Under the pieces are notes generated by a model that was not told the DNA's origin, made no database searches, and was given only the letters and a program-made list of their open reading frames with translations. This document shows positions 60,801 to 64,000 of a DNA stretch of 64,000 nucleotides, piece after piece (position 1 is the stretch's first letter; every line of letters begins with the position of its first letter). The stretch covers positions 558,001-622,000 of the forward strand of contig NW_027361731.1 in assembly GCF_039654945.1 (NCBI RefSeq). The letters run 5' to 3'. The DNA is from Dendrobates tinctorius. Lineage: Eukaryota. A program made the translations under genes and the position numbers.

Positions 60801-63800
60801 GCCTGGGCCTCATTATACAGCTGCACAGGGGTCTAGTGATGGGCAGCCCGGCTATTCTTGCTCCTTTCCCTCTTTTCTCCCTCCAGTCCCTACACTATAA
60901 AGCCTGGGCCTCATTATACAGCTGTACAGGGGTCTAGTGATGGGCAGTCCGGCTCTTCTTGCTCCTTTCCCCTCTTTTCTCCCTCCTGTCTCTTCACTAT
61001 AAAGCCTGGGCCTCATTATACAGCTGTACAGGGCTCTAGTGGTGGGCAGTCTGGCTCTTCTTGCTACTTTCCCCTCTTTTCTCCCTCCAGTCCCTTCACT
61101 ATAAAGCCTGGGCCTCATTATACAGCTGTACAGGGGTCTAGTGATGTGCAGTCCGGCTCTTCTTGCTCCTTTCCCCTCTTTTCTCCCTCCAGTCCCTTCA
61201 CTATAAAGCCTGGGCCTCATTATACAGCTGTACAGGGGTCTAGTGATGGGCAGTCCGGCTCTTCTTGCTCCTTTCCCCTCTTTTCTCCCTCCAGTCCCTT
61301 CACTATAAAGCCTGGGCCTCATTATACAGCTGTACAGGGGTCTAGTGATGGGCAGTCCGGCTCTTCTTGCTCCTTTTCCCTCTTTTCTCCCTCCAGTCCC
61401 TTCACTATGAAGCCTGGGCCTCATTATACAGCTGTACAGGGGTCTAGTGATGGGCAGTCCAGCTCTTCTTGTTCCTTTCCCCTCTTTTCTCCCTCCTGTC
61501 CCTTCACTATAAAGCCTGGGCCTCATTATACAGCTGTACAGGGGTCTAGTGATGGGCAGTCCGGCTCTTCTTGCTCCTTTCCCCTCTTTTCTCTCTCCAG
61601 TCCCTTCACTATAAAGCCTGGGCCTCATTATACAGCTGTACAGGGGTCTAGTGATGGGCAGTCCAGCTCTTCTTGTTCCTTTCCCCTCTTTTCTCCCTCC
61701 AGTCCGTTCACTATAAAGCCTGGGCCTCATTATACAGCTGTACAGGGGTCTAGTGATGAGCAGTCCGGCTCTTCTTGCTCCTTTCCCCTCTTTTCTCTCT
61801 CCAGTCCCTTCACTATAAAGCCTGGGCCTCATTATACAGCTGTACAGGGGTCTAGTGATGGGCAGTCCGGCTCTTCTTGCTCCTTTCCCCTCTTTTCTCT
61901 CTCCAGTCCCTTCACTATAAAGCCTGGGCCTCATTATACAGCTGAACAGGGGTCTAGTTATGGGCAGTCCGGCTCTTCTTGCTCCTTTCCCCTCTTTTCT
62001 CTCTCCAGTCCCTTCACTATAAAGCCTGGGCCTCATTATACAGCTGTACAGGGGTCTAGTGATGGGCAGTCCGGCTCTTCTTGCTCCTTTTCCCTCTTTT
62101 CTCCCTCCAGTCCCTTCACTATGAAGCCTGGGCCTCATTATACAGCTGTACAGGGGTCTAGTGATGGGCAGTCCAGCTCTTCTTGTTCCTTTCCCCTCTT
62201 TTCTCCCTCCTGTCCCTTCACTATAAAGCCTGGGCCTCATTATACAGCTGTACAGGGGTCTAGTGATGGGCAGTCCGGCTCTTCTTGCTCCTTTCCCCTC
62301 TTTTCTCTCTCCAGTCCCTTCACTATAAAGCCTGGGCCTCATTATACAGCTGTACAGGGGTCTAGTGATGGGCAGTCCGGCTCTTGTTGCTCCTTTTCCC
62401 TCTTTTCTCCCTCCAGTCCCTTCACTATGAAGCCTGGGCCTCATTATACAGCTGTGCAGGGGTCTAGTGATGGGCAGTCCAGCTCTTCTTGTTCCTTTCC
62501 CCTCTTTTCTCCCTCCAGTCCGTTCACTATAAAGCCTGGGGCTCATTATACAGCTGTACAGGGGTCTAGTGATGGGCAGTCCGGCTCTTCTTGCTCCTTT
62601 CCCCTCTTTTCTCTCTCCAGTCCCTTCACTATAAAGCCTGGGCCTCATTATACAGCTGTACAGGGGTCTAGTGATGGGCAGTCCAGCTCTTCTTGTTCCT
62701 TTCCCCTCTTTTCTCCCTCCAGTCCGTTCACTATAAAGCCTGGGCCTCATTATACAGCTGTACAGGGGTCTAGTGATGAGCAGTCCGGCTCTTCTTGCTC
62801 CTTTCCCCTCTTTTCTCTCTCCAGTCCCTTCACTATAAAGCCTGGGCCTCATTATACAGCTGTACAGGGGTCTAGTGATGGGCAGTCCGGCTCTTCTTGC
62901 TCCTTTCCCCTCTTTTCTCTCTCCAGTCCCTTCACTATAAAGCCTGGGCCTCATTATACAGCTGTACAGGGGTCTAGTTATGGGCAGTCCGGCTCTTCTT
63001 GCTCCTTTCCCCTCTTTTCTCTCTCCAGTCCCTTCACTATAAAGCCTGGGCCTCATTATACAGCTGTACAGGGGTCTAGTGATGGGCAGTCCGGCTCTTC
63101 TTGCTCCTTTTCCCTCTTTTCTCCCTCCAGTCCCTTCACTATGAAGCCTGGGCCTCATTATACAGCTGTACAGGGGTCTAGTGATGGGCAGTCCAGCTCT
63201 TCTTGTTCCTTTCCCCTCTTTTCTCCCTCCTGTCCCTTCACTATAAAGCCTGGGCCTCATTATACAGCTGTACAGGGGTCTAGTGATGGGCAGTCCGGCT
63301 CTTCTTGCTCCTTTCCCCTCTTTTCTCTCTCCAGTCCCTTCACTATAAAGCCTGGGCCTCATTATACAGCTGTACAGGGGTCTAGTGATGGGCAGTCCGG
63401 CTCTTCTTGCTCCTTTCCCCTCTTTTCTCTCTCCAGTCCCTTCACTATAAAGCCTGGGCCTCATTATACAGCTGTACAGGGGTCTAGTGATGGGCAGTCC
63501 AGCTCTTCTTGTTCCTTTTCCCTCTTTTCTCCCTCCAGTCCGGTCACTATAAAGCCTGGGCCTCATTATACAGCTGTACAGGGGTCTAGTGATGAGCAGT
63601 CCGGCTCTTCTTGCTCCTTTCCCCTCTTTTCTCTCTCCAGTCCCTTCACTATAAAGCCTGGGCCTCATTATACAGCTGTACAGGGGTCTAGTGATGGGCA
63701 GTCCGGCTCTTCTTGCTCCTTTCCCCTCTTTTCTCTCTCCAGTCCCTTCACTATAAAACCTGGGCCTCATTATACAGCTGTACAGGGGTCTAGTTATGGG

Positions 63801-64000
63801 CAGTCCGGCTCTTGTTGCTCCTTTCCCCTCTTTTCTCCCTCCAGTCCCTTCACTATAAAGCCTGGGCCTCATTATACAGCTGTACAGGGGTCTAGTGATG
63901 GGCAGTCCGGCTCTTCTTGCTCCTTTTCCCTCTTTTCTCCCTCCAGTCCCTTCACTATGAAGCCTGGGCCTCATTATACAGCTGTACAGGGGTCTAGTGA
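57870..64000. repeat. 102-bp satellite, ~60 units, with 1020-bp higher-order duplications; runs off the right edge
   Basis: Unit CTAGTGATGGGCAGTCCGGCTCTTCTTGCTCCTTTCCCCTCTTTTCTCCCTCCAGTCCCTTCACTATAAAGCCTGGGCCTCATTATACAGCTGTACAGGGGT; variant patterns recur at 58561/59581 and 61561/62581. Confidence 0.98.

Noticed and set aside
57789-63974. 700-1040-aa ORFs on both strands
   Set aside because: Translation of a 102-bp (34-codon) satellite; no evidence of coding function.

Overview
Vertebrate genomic DNA, almost certainly anuran (frog). This is inferred from the FAX/KRAB-type zinc-finger gene and the transposon families. The window is repeat-rich, has one assembly gap (42916-43160) and is bracketed by two tandem arrays: 55/41/25-bp units at 1-5115 and 102-bp units at ~57870-64000. 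The only intact host gene is a 6-coding-exon, ~781-aa XlCOF/XlCGF-like C2H2 zinc-finger gene (6738-18362, +). The rest is deeply nested TEs: Tf1/sushi-type Gypsy chromoviruses, solo LTRs, DIRS, CR1, L1, Penelope remnants with hammerhead motifs, hAT, piggyBac, Harbinger and T2/Kolobok MITEs. The top finding is a 7.6-kb hAT-type unit (24508-32131) with TIRs, a perfect 8-bp TSD and a duplicated right end. It carries an intron-containing copy of the promoter and first exons of the host kinase gene STK25, i.e. a Pack-type/macro-transposon gene capture in a vertebrate. Other highlights: (1) a 3.1-kb Gag + integrase-zinc-finger-only LTR element with an exact 11-nt Tf1-style self-priming signal; (2) a MITE that supplies the ZNF stop codon and amputates its last fingers; (3) both satellites appear to grow out of the same putative ZNF 5' module.
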